Assembly: GCA_964560765.1 (NCBI GenBank)
Contig: CAZLMG010000001.1
Location: forward strand, 5,612-69,611
Reading direction: 5' to 3'
Length of the DNA stretch: 64,000 nt
Origin: an uncultured Oligoflexales bacterium
GTDB lineage: Bacteria > Bdellovibrionota_B > Oligoflexia > Oligoflexales > CAZLMG01
The notes under the pieces were generated by a model. The model worked only from the letters and a program-made list of their open reading frames with translations, made no database searches and was not told the origin of the DNA. Of the stretch, positions 19,863 through 29,707 are shown piece after piece (positions within the stretch are counted from its first letter, which is position 1; every line of letters starts with the position of its first letter). The position numbers were made by a program, and so were the translations under genes.

Positions 19863-20297
19863 GAAACTCAATCCTCGAGTCGTTTGGGATGACTTCAGTG
19901 ATGCCATAGCGGCCACTGGCAGTCATCCTGTAATGCTCCAAAAACGCCACGCGTACTGTGATATTCAACCCGGTTGAAAGAACTTCATGGAGCCGTCACC
20001 GCACAAACACCCACAACGTAAGCTACTGGACTTAAAAGGTTATCTGCGAATCCTACAGTAGGACATGCAATCCCAGCATCGCAAGGCAGCCATAACACGC
20101 TGTAATTGCATTGATAATAAGGGCCCCCATCTCCGGACATGAAAACCTTTGGCAGGGGCCGACCGCCAACACTTCGATACAACTAATTGTATTTATTAAT
20201 TTATCTTCGTCTGAGCAGATTGGTAACCATCCTGCATTTTGCTTAAGACATCAGCACCCAATTCATGCGGTGAACCTGCGCCAGAGTGGAGCCACTT

Positions 20298-21410
20298 ATG
20301 AGTCACGGTAAACAAAAGCCAAGTCGACGCATCATCGCCGCATCGCTCGTTGCTTTTCTGGCTTTGTCTTTCAGCATGTCCTCGCAGGCACGCTCGCCAT
20401 CAGCACTCATTGAGTTCCTGGCTAGCATCGGACCGGCTCAATCGGCGGACGATTTGCGAGCTATGATGCAGTTGATTGGCGAAGCTACTGGTGGACGACC
20501 ACTTACCTCGCAGGAGTTTAGCGCACTTTCCAATTACGTACGGTCGTCAAACGTCACCGTGAACGCTCCGGGTGTCAACGGGCAAATAGCACTAGTCGTC
20601 GATGGCAAAGCCATCAATGGCGTTATGACGGGGGAAGCACAGCTTGTCGCCATCTCGAAGCCTTATCAGCAACAATTCTGGGAAGCCGTAGCCAAAGGCG
20701 AACGGCCGCCTCCCATGCCAACACCGCGACTCATTCCGGGCAATCAAATTGGGCATTCGCTTCTCCTCGACACCGAAGCCGCAGCTCATGGCATCCAGCA
20801 GCCGTTGAAGCCAGGAGCAGTCATGCGTCCAAACGCCATCTGCAACGGCGCCAATGTCAAGCCACCAGCCACCTCCCCGGCGCCGGCAACTGCGCCTGCT
20901 CCGGCAGCACCGACGGTAGGATCACCTGCAGCTCCAACCACCACGGCGGCGACGCCGCCGCGCCCAACATGGGGCTCCTGTTTGCAACGCGCCGGGAGTG
21001 GCATGGGAGGCGGTCTCGTCGGCGGCTACTTTGGGCAAAAAGTGGGCGGTCAGCTCACGGGGACTCGCGAAGGCGCACACGCTGGTGGATTTCTGGGTGG
21101 CCTCGGGGGCATGGCCGGAGGTCTGTACCTCTTCGGCGGCATGACCGCAACGCAAGCGCTCGGCGCCGCGTTTCTAAGCCCCTACACCATCATCGCCGCT
21201 GAAATCGCAGCCGTAGGCTATCTCGCCGAGGATTTAACGCATTCGATCAACGAATTCGATCGCCTGCAAGCGCAGCTTGGAACGGCCCCACCGAGTGCGC
21301 TGGACAATGTGCCAGGCATCTACCGACCAGAGCATTCAACCTGGTACTCGCACGGCGATGGCTCCAACGCCTATTTTCACTATATGAATCCATTTAACTG
21401 GAGTTGGTAG
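20298..21410 (+). CDS. secreted protein with Pro/Ala-rich linker and C-terminal glycine-zipper hydrophobic region
   Basis: Signal peptide after MSHGKQKPSRR. Linker PPATSPAPATAPAPAAPTVGSPAAPTTTAATPP. The C-terminal region reads GGGLVGGYFGQKVGG...GGFLGGLGGMAGGLYLFGG. Confidence 0.5.
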   Translation: MSHGKQKPSRRIIAASLVAFLALSFSMSSQARSPSALIEFLASIGPAQSADDLRAMMQLIGEATGGRPLTSQEFSALSNYVRSSNVTVNAPGVNGQIALVVDGKAINGVMTGEAQLVAISKPYQQQFWEAVAKGERPPPMPTPRLIPGNQIGHSLLLDTEAAAHGIQQPLKPGAVMRPNAICNGANVKPPATSPAPATAPAPAAPTVGSPAAPTTTAATPPRPTWGSCLQRAGSGMGGGLVGGYFGQKVGGQLTGTREGAHAGGFLGGLGGMAGGLYLFGGMTATQALGAAFLSPYTIIAAEIAAVGYLAEDLTHSINEFDRLQAQLGTAPPSALDNVPGIYRPEHSTWYSHGDGSNAYFHYMNPFNWSW

Positions 21411-21985
21411 CAGATACTGACTGCAACTGACGCGACATCGCACAGCTTTCCAGCCAGACCGAAGTATTGGGACGATGCCCAGGGTTTTGCCGGACGTACC
21501 GCCTAACTTCTGGCAACGCACATTGAAGTAGCCTAATAGGCGGCAGGCGCGCCTTCTATGGGCGCGGGGCGTACCTGCTGCACATGAGCTTGCGATTGTT
21601 GCATCGGGACCTCCTCGGCGTCGTTATCCTTTCAAGATTGCGACCACGCCCAAGCCTCCTTGTATAGACCTTTAATATTGATGTGTTAGGGAAAGTCTGA
21701 TGATCACTTAGTGCCCGAGCTCGCCACCGATATTGCCTCTTTTTACAAGTGATTACGGAGCCCTACAGCCACACGGCGCGATTATCCCTACAGATACTGA
21801 GGCCCTGCGCAATGACCAGCATTTTTCTCGCCATTCTTCGTTGGTTACTCGCCAGCCCCGACATCGCCCAGGCGAGAGGAAAAAGGTACGACACACAATC
21901 GAGAACTGCTGCTTAGCGATGATGCGAGCGAAGCATTAATCGCTGGCCTAGATTTTCCGATAAGTCCCTAAGGAAGGGGCCACTC

Positions 21986-22900
21986 ATGCGTTTCGTTGCC
22001 ATCATCGCTAGTCTTGCGCTGGCTGCTGCCTGCTCGCCAGAACAGGGAGCCAATTCAGCGGCCAACTCGTCGCCCCAATCGGCACGCCCCTCGGATGGTT
22101 CGGAAGGAGTCCCGGGGTACCTATCTGACGTCGTCACGACGCTGTTGAGTTACGATCCAGATACATTGCTTCTTGAGCTAGCAGACAGCACGGGCTCGAT
22201 CCGCTCTTGGTCCGGGACACCTCCTTCCACACGAATTTTGGTCGTGCAGTTGACCTGGGATTCCTTTATCGCCGCCTTGAGTGTGACTCCAGGAAGCCGC
22301 TCCACCCTTGACGGTATGCTCATCTTTCCCATTGAGCCGACATCGAAATGGTCGTTTGAGGCGAAGCTGCGGTTGCCAGCCCACGATCCCATTGTCCTTG
22401 TCCCCGTGCAGCGGCGCGACGATGGAACCTATCAAACCGACATCTTTGCCGATCAGGCCTATCAGGAGTTTCGAGTGCTGCCGTTTGCGCCGCCCCGGCG
22501 CGTCAGCGGAAATCTCGGCGACGCGCCGATGGTGTCTTGGGACATCGACGGAGATGGCGCCGTCACGGCGGCCCGGGACGGACAGATTGTCCTGCGATAC
22601 TTGAGCGGACAAACTGGGTCGATGTTGACATCAGGATTAGATTTGTTCGGTGCCTTGCGCAACAACGCCGAGTCCCTCGAGACGTATTTGAATGCCAGCG
22701 ACGCGCAGTACATGCTGGATGTCGATGCTGATGGCGAGCTTTCGGCTGAACGCGATGGATACCTCTTGCTTCGGCACCTCGCCGGATTCTCTGACGACGA
22801 ACTCATGCGCTTCATGACCAATGCGGCTGCTACGCGAGCGGATGCCCTTAGCGTTGTGCAGCATATACGACGGTTTCTACCAACGCCGATTGCGGAGTGA
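21986..22900 (+). CDS. lipoprotein with two dockerin/EF-hand-like repeats
   Basis: ALAAAC lipobox. VPGYL motif at 22109-22123. DIDGDGAVTAARDGQIVLRYLSG and DVDADGELSAERDGYLLLRHLAG resemble type I dockerin Ca-binding repeats. Confidence 0.55.
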   Translation: MRFVAIIASLALAAACSPEQGANSAANSSPQSARPSDGSEGVPGYLSDVVTTLLSYDPDTLLLELADSTGSIRSWSGTPPSTRILVVQLTWDSFIAALSVTPGSRSTLDGMLIFPIEPTSKWSFEAKLRLPAHDPIVLVPVQRRDDGTYQTDIFADQAYQEFRVLPFAPPRRVSGNLGDAPMVSWDIDGDGAVTAARDGQIVLRYLSGQTGSMLTSGLDLFGALRNNAESLETYLNASDAQYMLDVDADGELSAERDGYLLLRHLAGFSDDELMRFMTNAAATRADALSVVQHIRRFLPTPIAE

Positions 22901-24123
22901 GTGCGGATATGGCGACGCCGGAAAAATCGCAGAAATCTTCCTGGACTGTGGCGCTCGTAAACCAGACGAAGTCCGACGTCAGGGATGAAATTGACAAGGC
23001 CGTTGTTGGCAATTCAGATCTCGGAGTTCGTCTATCCCACATTTTGGCACAGGTGGCGCGCCTCCAAGACGAGGTCAATTCGCCGAATTTGCTGCGCTGC
23101 TTAGTTTATGTCATGTCGGCACTGGTGCATCACGAGCGATTCGGTGGCCTGAGCATGGCGGATGTGGGGAGACTCTTCGAAATCGGCAAACGTATTTTGC
23201 AATGGCGAGGTGTTAAGGCCGGAAAATCTAACCTAGCCTTCCTGCATGGTGAGCTGCATCTGGTCATGAGCCAAATCTTTCGCCGGGAAGGTGAACCACT
23301 TCGCTCGGCCTGGGAGCAGCAGCTTTCGGAGCGAATGTCGGGGGCAACACCAGTCGGCGGGTCGCCAGCACATCAAGCGATGGCCTTGGGCCTGCGCGCC
23401 ATTCGCCTTGGTCATGCCGCCTTGGCTATGCATTCCTTTCAAGATGCACTGAAGGCAGGAATGGCCCCCCCGCAGCGGTGCCGTCTGCAAGTCGAGATGG
23501 TGCGAACATTGCGCCTATGCGGCATGCGAGGTCGAGCACAAGCGGAATGTAATGTCTTCCTGCAATCTGATGGGCTCTCTGCCAACGAAAGGGCGGAATT
23601 GCAATGGGAAGAGAACTGTCTAGCTTTGCATGGACCCGATGCCGACTTAACTCCCCTCCTCGCCTCCGTGAAAAAGGGGCAAGTTCACCATGCTGAGTCC
23701 TACATTCTCGAGGCCTTTATCTGGACTCGCGCTGTATCCAGCACCGAGTGGCTGAAGCGCTATCCGACGGTAAAAAGTCTCGCTCGCAATCCGAACCTGG
23801 ACTTTAGAGGCGCCGGCTTTCTGTATCGCGCAGCGCGCCTGTTAGAGACCAGTTACGACGTCGATATTCCGCTGTTGACTCGTTGCGAAAGGTTAGGTCG
23901 CGTTGTGTTCGAGCGCGACCTGTTGCTTGGCGTCGACAAGGAGCTCCTCGTTCTCGCGGCCACAGCTCGCTGGTTGGTCCGCAATCACTTCTTTCCATTA
24001 GCTTCGCTGGTGATAGCTACTTATCAGGGGCTTTCCCGAACCTTGAGTTCGGGCTCCGCGAGCGACACCCTGGGATTAGTCTGCGATCTCGTTAACAAAG
24101 AGTGGTTTCAATCAGCTGCGTAG
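22897..24123 (+). CDS. hypothetical protein (no signal peptide, helical-looking)
   Basis: Long ORF whose GTG start overlaps the upstream stop (GTGA). An alternative ATG is at 22909. No recognisable motif. Confidence 0.45.
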   Translation: MSADMATPEKSQKSSWTVALVNQTKSDVRDEIDKAVVGNSDLGVRLSHILAQVARLQDEVNSPNLLRCLVYVMSALVHHERFGGLSMADVGRLFEIGKRILQWRGVKAGKSNLAFLHGELHLVMSQIFRREGEPLRSAWEQQLSERMSGATPVGGSPAHQAMALGLRAIRLGHAALAMHSFQDALKAGMAPPQRCRLQVEMVRTLRLCGMRGRAQAECNVFLQSDGLSANERAELQWEENCLALHGPDADLTPLLASVKKGQVHHAESYILEAFIWTRAVSSTEWLKRYPTVKSLARNPNLDFRGAGFLYRAARLLETSYDVDIPLLTRCERLGRVVFERDLLLGVDKELLVLAATARWLVRNHFFPLASLVIATYQGLSRTLSSGSASDTLGLVCDLVNKEWFQSAA

Positions 24124-24160
24124 CAGCGCTGGGGCCAACAACACGACCCAAACGGCAATC

Positions 24161-25999
24161 CTATTCTGCGAATGTCACAAGAGTGGGTGTCGCAAGTTCG
24201 TTGAGCCCACTGCCATCACCTACTTGGCCAAGATTATTAGCACCCCAACAATACACTTCGCCTTCATCAGACAGCGCACACGTATGCCTGGTCCCCGCAG
24301 AGACTCCGACAAATCGCACCCCGTCTGCAGCGACGAGTTGCGGTCGAGAATAGGTGGATGCTGAGGCACCGGTACCAACCTGACTAAAGTCGTTATCACC
24401 CCAGCAATATATCTTGCCAGAGCGAGCCAGTGCGCAGCTGTGATCGCCACCAATCGCCAGACCCAAAAACGTCTCTCCAGGATGCGCCGAAAAATCCACA
24501 GGGACAGCCTGCTCTTCGGTTCCGCTTGTGGCGCCATTGCCAAGTTTACCCTTCTCGGCGGCGCCCCAACAGTACACTCTACCCAATCGATCGATACCGC
24601 AAGCATGTGACTTCGATGACATGCTGAACCAATTGACGTCGATGGCAATAAAATGGATGGACTCACCGCCCTCGTCCCGGATGAGTTTTGCGCTATAATC
24701 GAATTGACCTAGTCCAAGTGACACATTGTAACCAGGTCCCCAGCAATAGGCTTTCCCATCTCTGGTCAAGGCACATGTGTCTGCAGCGCCAGCTGATAAA
24801 GTCAGAGAGGCCACTTCTGCTAATTTTACTTTCGTTGACGGCGCCGACGAGCAGTAAGTTCCGAAGCCAGACGTATCGCACAACTCCCGTTGGGCATCCT
24901 TATCACCCAGGCGCTCGTCACTGTCTAAACCCCAGCAAAATATCTCGCCACCGGCAGTAACCCCACAGGTGTGGGCGCCGCCGACAGCGAAAGCATAGAA
25001 CATACCATTGCCACTGACACTACTGACATTGACCGGCTCAGGACTTTCAACCGGAGCCTGACTGCGATTACCGACGCCAACTTCACCATTAGAATTCTTT
25101 CCCCAGCACTGAATCTCGGTACTTCTAGAGCCGAATAAGGCACAGCTATTACCATAGCCACCCGCCACGTTGCCCGTGCCAGCTTCCAGAGAGATCAATC
25201 GGGGGGTTGTCGCATAATCTCCTGCAACCTGGCTGGTAAGCTGCTTCGTTGAGTTGTGACCCCAGCCATAAACCTCACTTTCGCCAATCGAGCTTTCACG
25301 AACAATAAATGTTAAATCGGCACCAGCATTCAGCTGCAAGTGTCGTACAGGCTCCAAGATAACATCGCCAACAACCGCTGAATACAGAGCCACGGCCGCA
25401 TTGAAAAATGGGAAGTCGCTTTTGAAGATGATTTTGTAAGTATTGCCTTGGACGGGCTCAATCTTCAGCAAAGGTCCAGCCAATAGCAATGTTTTGGTGA
25501 CGGTGGCTCCTTCATTCGCATCCTGCTCCTCCGTGGCGAGAACTTGCAGAAGCACTGCTAGATCGTCGACGGAGCTACCAGATGGTAGGTCTATCTCGAT
25601 CGCCACTTCCATGGGACTTGCTAGCACCAAGTTCACTCCGCTTTCAGCAATGCTAACGTGAAACTGATTGCCAATGATGCCGCCAGCCGCAACCTGGGAA
25701 AACACGACGTGCCCTTCTTTGACCGACACGGTCGTGAACTCGGTGATAAACCCGGCGGGAAATTTGATGCTGATCCGTTCTGCAGCCAAGGTGTCATTGT
25801 CGATGTCAGAGCCGGTAGCCACCTGAGTGATCTTGCCGCCGACACTTTCGCTGGAGTTTGGGGCTTTGCGAACACAACCAGCAAAACTAAACATCGCGAT
25901 CATGACCAGCGCCACATGTATGACCACGGCCACGCCAAGACTGTGCGTGCCATCGATGCGTTCCGACTGCCGGCATTTTGGCATTTCCATAAGTTCCAC
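24161..25999 (-). CDS. RCC1-repeat (beta-propeller) exported protein
   Basis: Repeated xYCWGxNxxGQ[VL]G blades are present: VYCWGANNLGQVGDG, IYCWGDNDFSQVGTG, VYCWGAAEKGKLGNG, IQCWGKNSNGEVGVG. An N-terminal TM/lipobox (FSFAGC) is present. Confidence 0.75.
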   Translation of the reverse strand: MELMEMPKCRQSERIDGTHSLGVAVVIHVALVMIAMFSFAGCVRKAPNSSESVGGKITQVATGSDIDNDTLAAERISIKFPAGFITEFTTVSVKEGHVVFSQVAAGGIIGNQFHVSIAESGVNLVLASPMEVAIEIDLPSGSSVDDLAVLLQVLATEEQDANEGATVTKTLLLAGPLLKIEPVQGNTYKIIFKSDFPFFNAAVALYSAVVGDVILEPVRHLQLNAGADLTFIVRESSIGESEVYGWGHNSTKQLTSQVAGDYATTPRLISLEAGTGNVAGGYGNSCALFGSRSTEIQCWGKNSNGEVGVGNRSQAPVESPEPVNVSSVSGNGMFYAFAVGGAHTCGVTAGGEIFCWGLDSDERLGDKDAQRELCDTSGFGTYCSSAPSTKVKLAEVASLTLSAGAADTCALTRDGKAYCWGPGYNVSLGLGQFDYSAKLIRDEGGESIHFIAIDVNWFSMSSKSHACGIDRLGRVYCWGAAEKGKLGNGATSGTEEQAVPVDFSAHPGETFLGLAIGGDHSCALARSGKIYCWGDNDFSQVGTGASASTYSRPQLVAADGVRFVGVSAGTRHTCALSDEGEVYCWGANNLGQVGDGSGLNELATPTLVTFAE

Positions 26000-26279
26000 C
26001 TCGTAACCAGTATTTCGGCAGAATTGATGGAAAGATTGAGATGCAGGCAGCGATCTTTATGGCCAGGGAAAACGATGCCTGGAGTCTCCCCGACAGAATC
26101 GAATTGTGTTTTTCTTTCCGATAGTTACAAACAGGATGCGATCCGACATTGCACACAGTAGACACGTCAGTCGATACCGTTAACTGTTGGCCAAGGTGAG
26201 ACATCCAGCGGCATTTACTGGATCTTATTCCTTTTCTTCGCGGTCCGCGAGCCGCGCGTTGGTACCGGTATGCGACAGC

Positions 26280-27659
26280 TTACGGAACCGCACTCAGATA
26301 GTCGATCAACCGCTGCAGTTCCGTTGCGCCAATCGTCCGCCCTTGCGGCATCTTTCCCACATCACCATCCGGACGCTGGATGCGATCTAGAATTGCTGCG
26401 CGATTATTGACGACCACGCGATAGTTATCCACGTAAGTGCTGAGGCCTGAACCACTACTATGACAAGTCCCGCCACCGCAACTGCCGCGTATAATGGGAT
26501 TGATTTGTACGTTGAACGCGATTTCCTCGGGCGATAGCTTGCGCTCTTGCAGGTAAGGAATGTCGCGATCGAGGGCCACGTTCTCCTTGGTTCCGTCGTC
26601 GATCTCAAATGAAATTTCAACGGCTGAACCGCGCGGTATCGTGGTTGGTAACTTCATCACGAGCTCGCCTGGCGTATAGCGCCACGAGGTAAATTCGGTC
26701 TTATCCGCTGTCAGCTGTATACTTTCCCACATGGCCCTCACGGGCAAATCCGCGAGCCAGTAGCGGCTGTTGGTTCCGTCGCCAACAAATGAATCAAAGA
26801 AGTAGGCAAACGTGTTCTTGCACAAGCTCTCTACAAGTCCGCCACTTTGCTGGGCTAAACGAAGGACCAAGTTTCGGCGAACGTAATCCGCGGCATTGGT
26901 CAGGCGCCCTGTCGAGATTTCGCACCCTTCCCAATCAGGAACAATGGCCGAAACACTCCAGCGGCCCACGCCTTTTCTCTCATTGAGTAACTTGGTGATG
27001 TCGTCTGGCAAAAGTTGCTCGGCGGTCTCGTCACTGTGATGGACGTACACAACCGCGAGAAACGCTCCATCGCGGAAAAAACCAGCGCTGCGACTTTCCG
27101 GCAAGGTACTGCGCTCAAACATGCGCTTAAGTGCCGTCAATGGCTGTTGCGACTGGGATAAGTTTGCGGGTGCCATGCGCTGACGAATGAGCGTTGAAAA
27201 GTCGGTCCTGTCCTTGGTTAAGATTGCGGGCCCGTCGACTTCCGTCAGCTCACCTGCAAACACCGTCTGCGGCGTGCCCTCAGGAGGCCGCGGCGGGATG
27301 CCCGCCGAAAGAAACCCCACTTGCACGTCCAGCTCGCTGAAGAGCAGTCGGGTGGCCAGGGTCGAGCCAGCTTGCGCCAGACGGTCGGCAAACGGTGCGC
27401 CCGCCAGAACTCCCGTTGTCTCGCCGATGACAAGAACATCGACGGGCGTAAAGCGGTAGTCGGCAGTAAATTCTAAGCGCACGCGGCCATCTTCACCAAC
27501 CGTCAAGTCCGCATCATCCATATTCTGCTGCTTGCCATCCTCGACACCAACGCCGTTGCTTTCGGCGGAAACACCGCCGCAGCTGGAAAGAAACAGCTTG
27601 GCGGTTGTCAACAAGACTGCGCGCTTCCAGGATGGAACATACCACCGTGGCGAATTCAT
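26280..27659 (-). CDS. lipoprotein with C-terminal PSCyt1-like segment carrying a CX4CH site
   Basis: LFLSSC lipobox. The C-terminus CGGGTCHSSG...ILDRIQRPDGDVGKMPQG...ELQRLIDYL resembles the PSCyt1 pattern. It is the last gene of a four-gene minus-strand operon. Confidence 0.5.
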   Translation of the reverse strand: MNSPRWYVPSWKRAVLLTTAKLFLSSCGGVSAESNGVGVEDGKQQNMDDADLTVGEDGRVRLEFTADYRFTPVDVLVIGETTGVLAGAPFADRLAQAGSTLATRLLFSELDVQVGFLSAGIPPRPPEGTPQTVFAGELTEVDGPAILTKDRTDFSTLIRQRMAPANLSQSQQPLTALKRMFERSTLPESRSAGFFRDGAFLAVVYVHHSDETAEQLLPDDITKLLNERKGVGRWSVSAIVPDWEGCEISTGRLTNAADYVRRNLVLRLAQQSGGLVESLCKNTFAYFFDSFVGDGTNSRYWLADLPVRAMWESIQLTADKTEFTSWRYTPGELVMKLPTTIPRGSAVEISFEIDDGTKENVALDRDIPYLQERKLSPEEIAFNVQINPIIRGSCGGGTCHSSGSGLSTYVDNYRVVVNNRAAILDRIQRPDGDVGKMPQGRTIGATELQRLIDYLSAVP

Positions 27660-27720
27660 ACTCTCTCCTCTAAGTCATCCCCAGACCCTGACCATCTCGC
27701 CGCATCATTAACGCGAACAA

Positions 27721-29001
27721 CTAAGCCTTATTGGTCACCAATGCCTCGCTCACATACTCAACACCCGCATCAAAGCCCAGAGCCTTGAGCGCAGTCGAAT
27801 ACCAATGCATGGGCCGTGACACCATTTTCGCGCCACTCGACAACGTCACGTCTGTGAAGTTGTTACCCAGCTGTTCCGTGCTCGTATACTGTCCACCCAC
27901 GTAGCCGTTGCGAATCAGATTGGCGGGACCCGACATCATAGCGAACCCAGCACTGCGGTCGCTATTATTCAAACCACGGCCACCATCACTGGTCCAGACG
28001 CAAACCAGATTCGGAATCGCTGCGTGCAGATCTTTCATCGCCTTACCAATCATAGCGGTGCCCGCAAACGGGTCGAGTCGCTTCGAGCCGCCCGGAGTCG
28101 TGAGATTGCCGCCACCGTTGGTATCATCCCACGGCACGGTGATCATAAAGTTACGCGCCACACCGGCCTTGTGCAGGGCGATAACCGCTTGCACTTGTTG
28201 ATCGATGGGATCGGTGTTGGTCGATGCCGAGTTCAGAGCTGGCAGTGCCGTACTGACCTGCTCGGCCAGGGCGGCCAGAGTATCGCGAAATCCGGCGTTC
28301 TTGGTCACGACCCGATCGAACCGATCGAGCATCTCGCGATTCTCTTTCGAGCCAATGATGGGCGCAACGGAATTCTGCAGCGTCGTCGCCAGCTGCGAAG
28401 TACTGGTAAATGTCTTCATGCGACGCATGCCGCCAGAGACAAAGCAGTCAGCCGAATCGTTCGCATCCGAGCGCAGGGATAATCCCAACGGACCAAAGAG
28501 ACCCGTTCCCCCCGAAAGCTCCTCGAAAGCATTGTTGATGCCGCCGAGCCGGGTTGAAACATACGAGTTTTGCAAGCTGTGACCGCCAGTGCCGCTTTCC
28601 CAGCCGTTATTCAGACAAAGCGCCACATCATCCGGCAGACCGACCAAGCTATCTCCGAACAGCTTCGTCAGGCCTAACCCGCGAAATTCGGAAGTGACCT
28701 GCGCCACGCCTTCTTGCGCATCGGCACCTAGTGGAATTTCACCGGGAATGGACTGAAAAAGTGCCGACTGCACCTTGTCGATGATGACGATATGCACCAG
28801 CGTCGCTGGCGATGTCGCCTGCATGGCGTGAGCAACGCCTGCTGAATCCACGCGTGCTATCGCGTTGCCCAACATGCGCATCTGCGGGCTCTGCGGCGCT
28901 AGATCGCGCAGGCTTGCCAAAAACCCTAACCCTACTTGCGAACCCAAGGCGGCTGTGGCGCTATACGAGATAAAATTGCGCCGACTGATTTTGTGACTCA
29001 T
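27721..29001 (-). CDS. Tat-signal exported protein, DUF1501/DUF1552-like (unverified)
   Basis: MSHKISRRNFISYSATAALGS is a twin-arginine-type leader. SDGGRG...SGPANLIRNGYVGG loosely parallels the SEFGR...GGG.kgG region of DUF1501. Adjacency to haem-motif proteins matches the usual pairing. Confidence 0.45.
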   Translation of the reverse strand: MSHKISRRNFISYSATAALGSQVGLGFLASLRDLAPQSPQMRMLGNAIARVDSAGVAHAMQATSPATLVHIVIIDKVQSALFQSIPGEIPLGADAQEGVAQVTSEFRGLGLTKLFGDSLVGLPDDVALCLNNGWESGTGGHSLQNSYVSTRLGGINNAFEELSGGTGLFGPLGLSLRSDANDSADCFVSGGMRRMKTFTSTSQLATTLQNSVAPIIGSKENREMLDRFDRVVTKNAGFRDTLAALAEQVSTALPALNSASTNTDPIDQQVQAVIALHKAGVARNFMITVPWDDTNGGGNLTTPGGSKRLDPFAGTAMIGKAMKDLHAAIPNLVCVWTSDGGRGLNNSDRSAGFAMMSGPANLIRNGYVGGQYTSTEQLGNNFTDVTLSSGAKMVSRPMHWYSTALKALGFDAGVEYVSEALVTNKA

Positions 29002-29058
29002 GTTTCCTCCAAAATATGCTTAAAAGGGTCTCATTTTCATACAGGCAAACAGGCGCGC

Positions 29059-29655
29059 TTAGCTTCTGGCGGCGAACGCCAGCGATGCAATCAGGGTTGA
29101 AATCGCACCGACATAATCGGTACGACACTGCTTGGCAAATTCGCTTGCCATTTCTTCCATGCCAGCATCAGCAGCATCAACAAACGGCAAGGCGCGCATA
29201 ATCATCTCTTGCGCATCGGCGGTGGTATCACACTGACAGAGTGTCAACTCGCCGTAGGCGATCTCTTCCATACAGCGTTGCGCCGCGTTGTGTCCGAGGA
29301 TGGCCAAAGCCATCAGGTACGAGGTACTGGGGCTATCCGCGAAAATCTCACCAAAGCGCAAACCATCGGTCTGCCCGAAGTTCTCGCCATAGACATCAAA
29401 GATGCTGAGCTCTTTACCCTCATCGTCGACTTCGCCCGACATGTCTTTGGATGGGCCAAGGGTCATGTAAAGCGATTGCGCTAACAAGGACGTACCCTTG
29501 AGCTGGATGTTCTCCGTAACTTTCTCTTCCTCAGTCAGGTCGGCATCGTTCTCTTTGCCACCACCGGAGCTGCTTTTGTCATCTTTGCCGCAACTCCATC
29601 CCAGCATGCTTATGACGACGAGCCAAAGGCCCAGCTGTTTGCTTGCAGTGATCAT
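29059..29655 (-). CDS. lipoprotein, function unknown
   Basis: MITASKQLGLWLVVISMLGWSC gives a signal peptide with lipobox, followed by an acidic/Lys-rich linker. Confidence 0.5.
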   Translation of the reverse strand: MITASKQLGLWLVVISMLGWSCGKDDKSSSGGGKENDADLTEEEKVTENIQLKGTSLLAQSLYMTLGPSKDMSGEVDDEGKELSIFDVYGENFGQTDGLRFGEIFADSPSTSYLMALAILGHNAAQRCMEEIAYGELTLCQCDTTADAQEMIMRALPFVDAADAGMEEMASEFAKQCRTDYVGAISTLIASLAFAARS

Positions 29656-29707
29656 AATTTCCCCCTCTAGTTACTGTCATGTACAGGACGCTGAATGGAA
29701 ATTTTGG

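Noticed and set aside
21812-21916. 34-codon ORF MTSIFLAILRWLLASPDIAQARGKRYDTQSRTAA in the 21.4-22.0 kb gap
   Set aside because: The N-terminus is hydrophobic, but there is no convincing RBS or lipobox, and the ORF is too short to support without conservation data.
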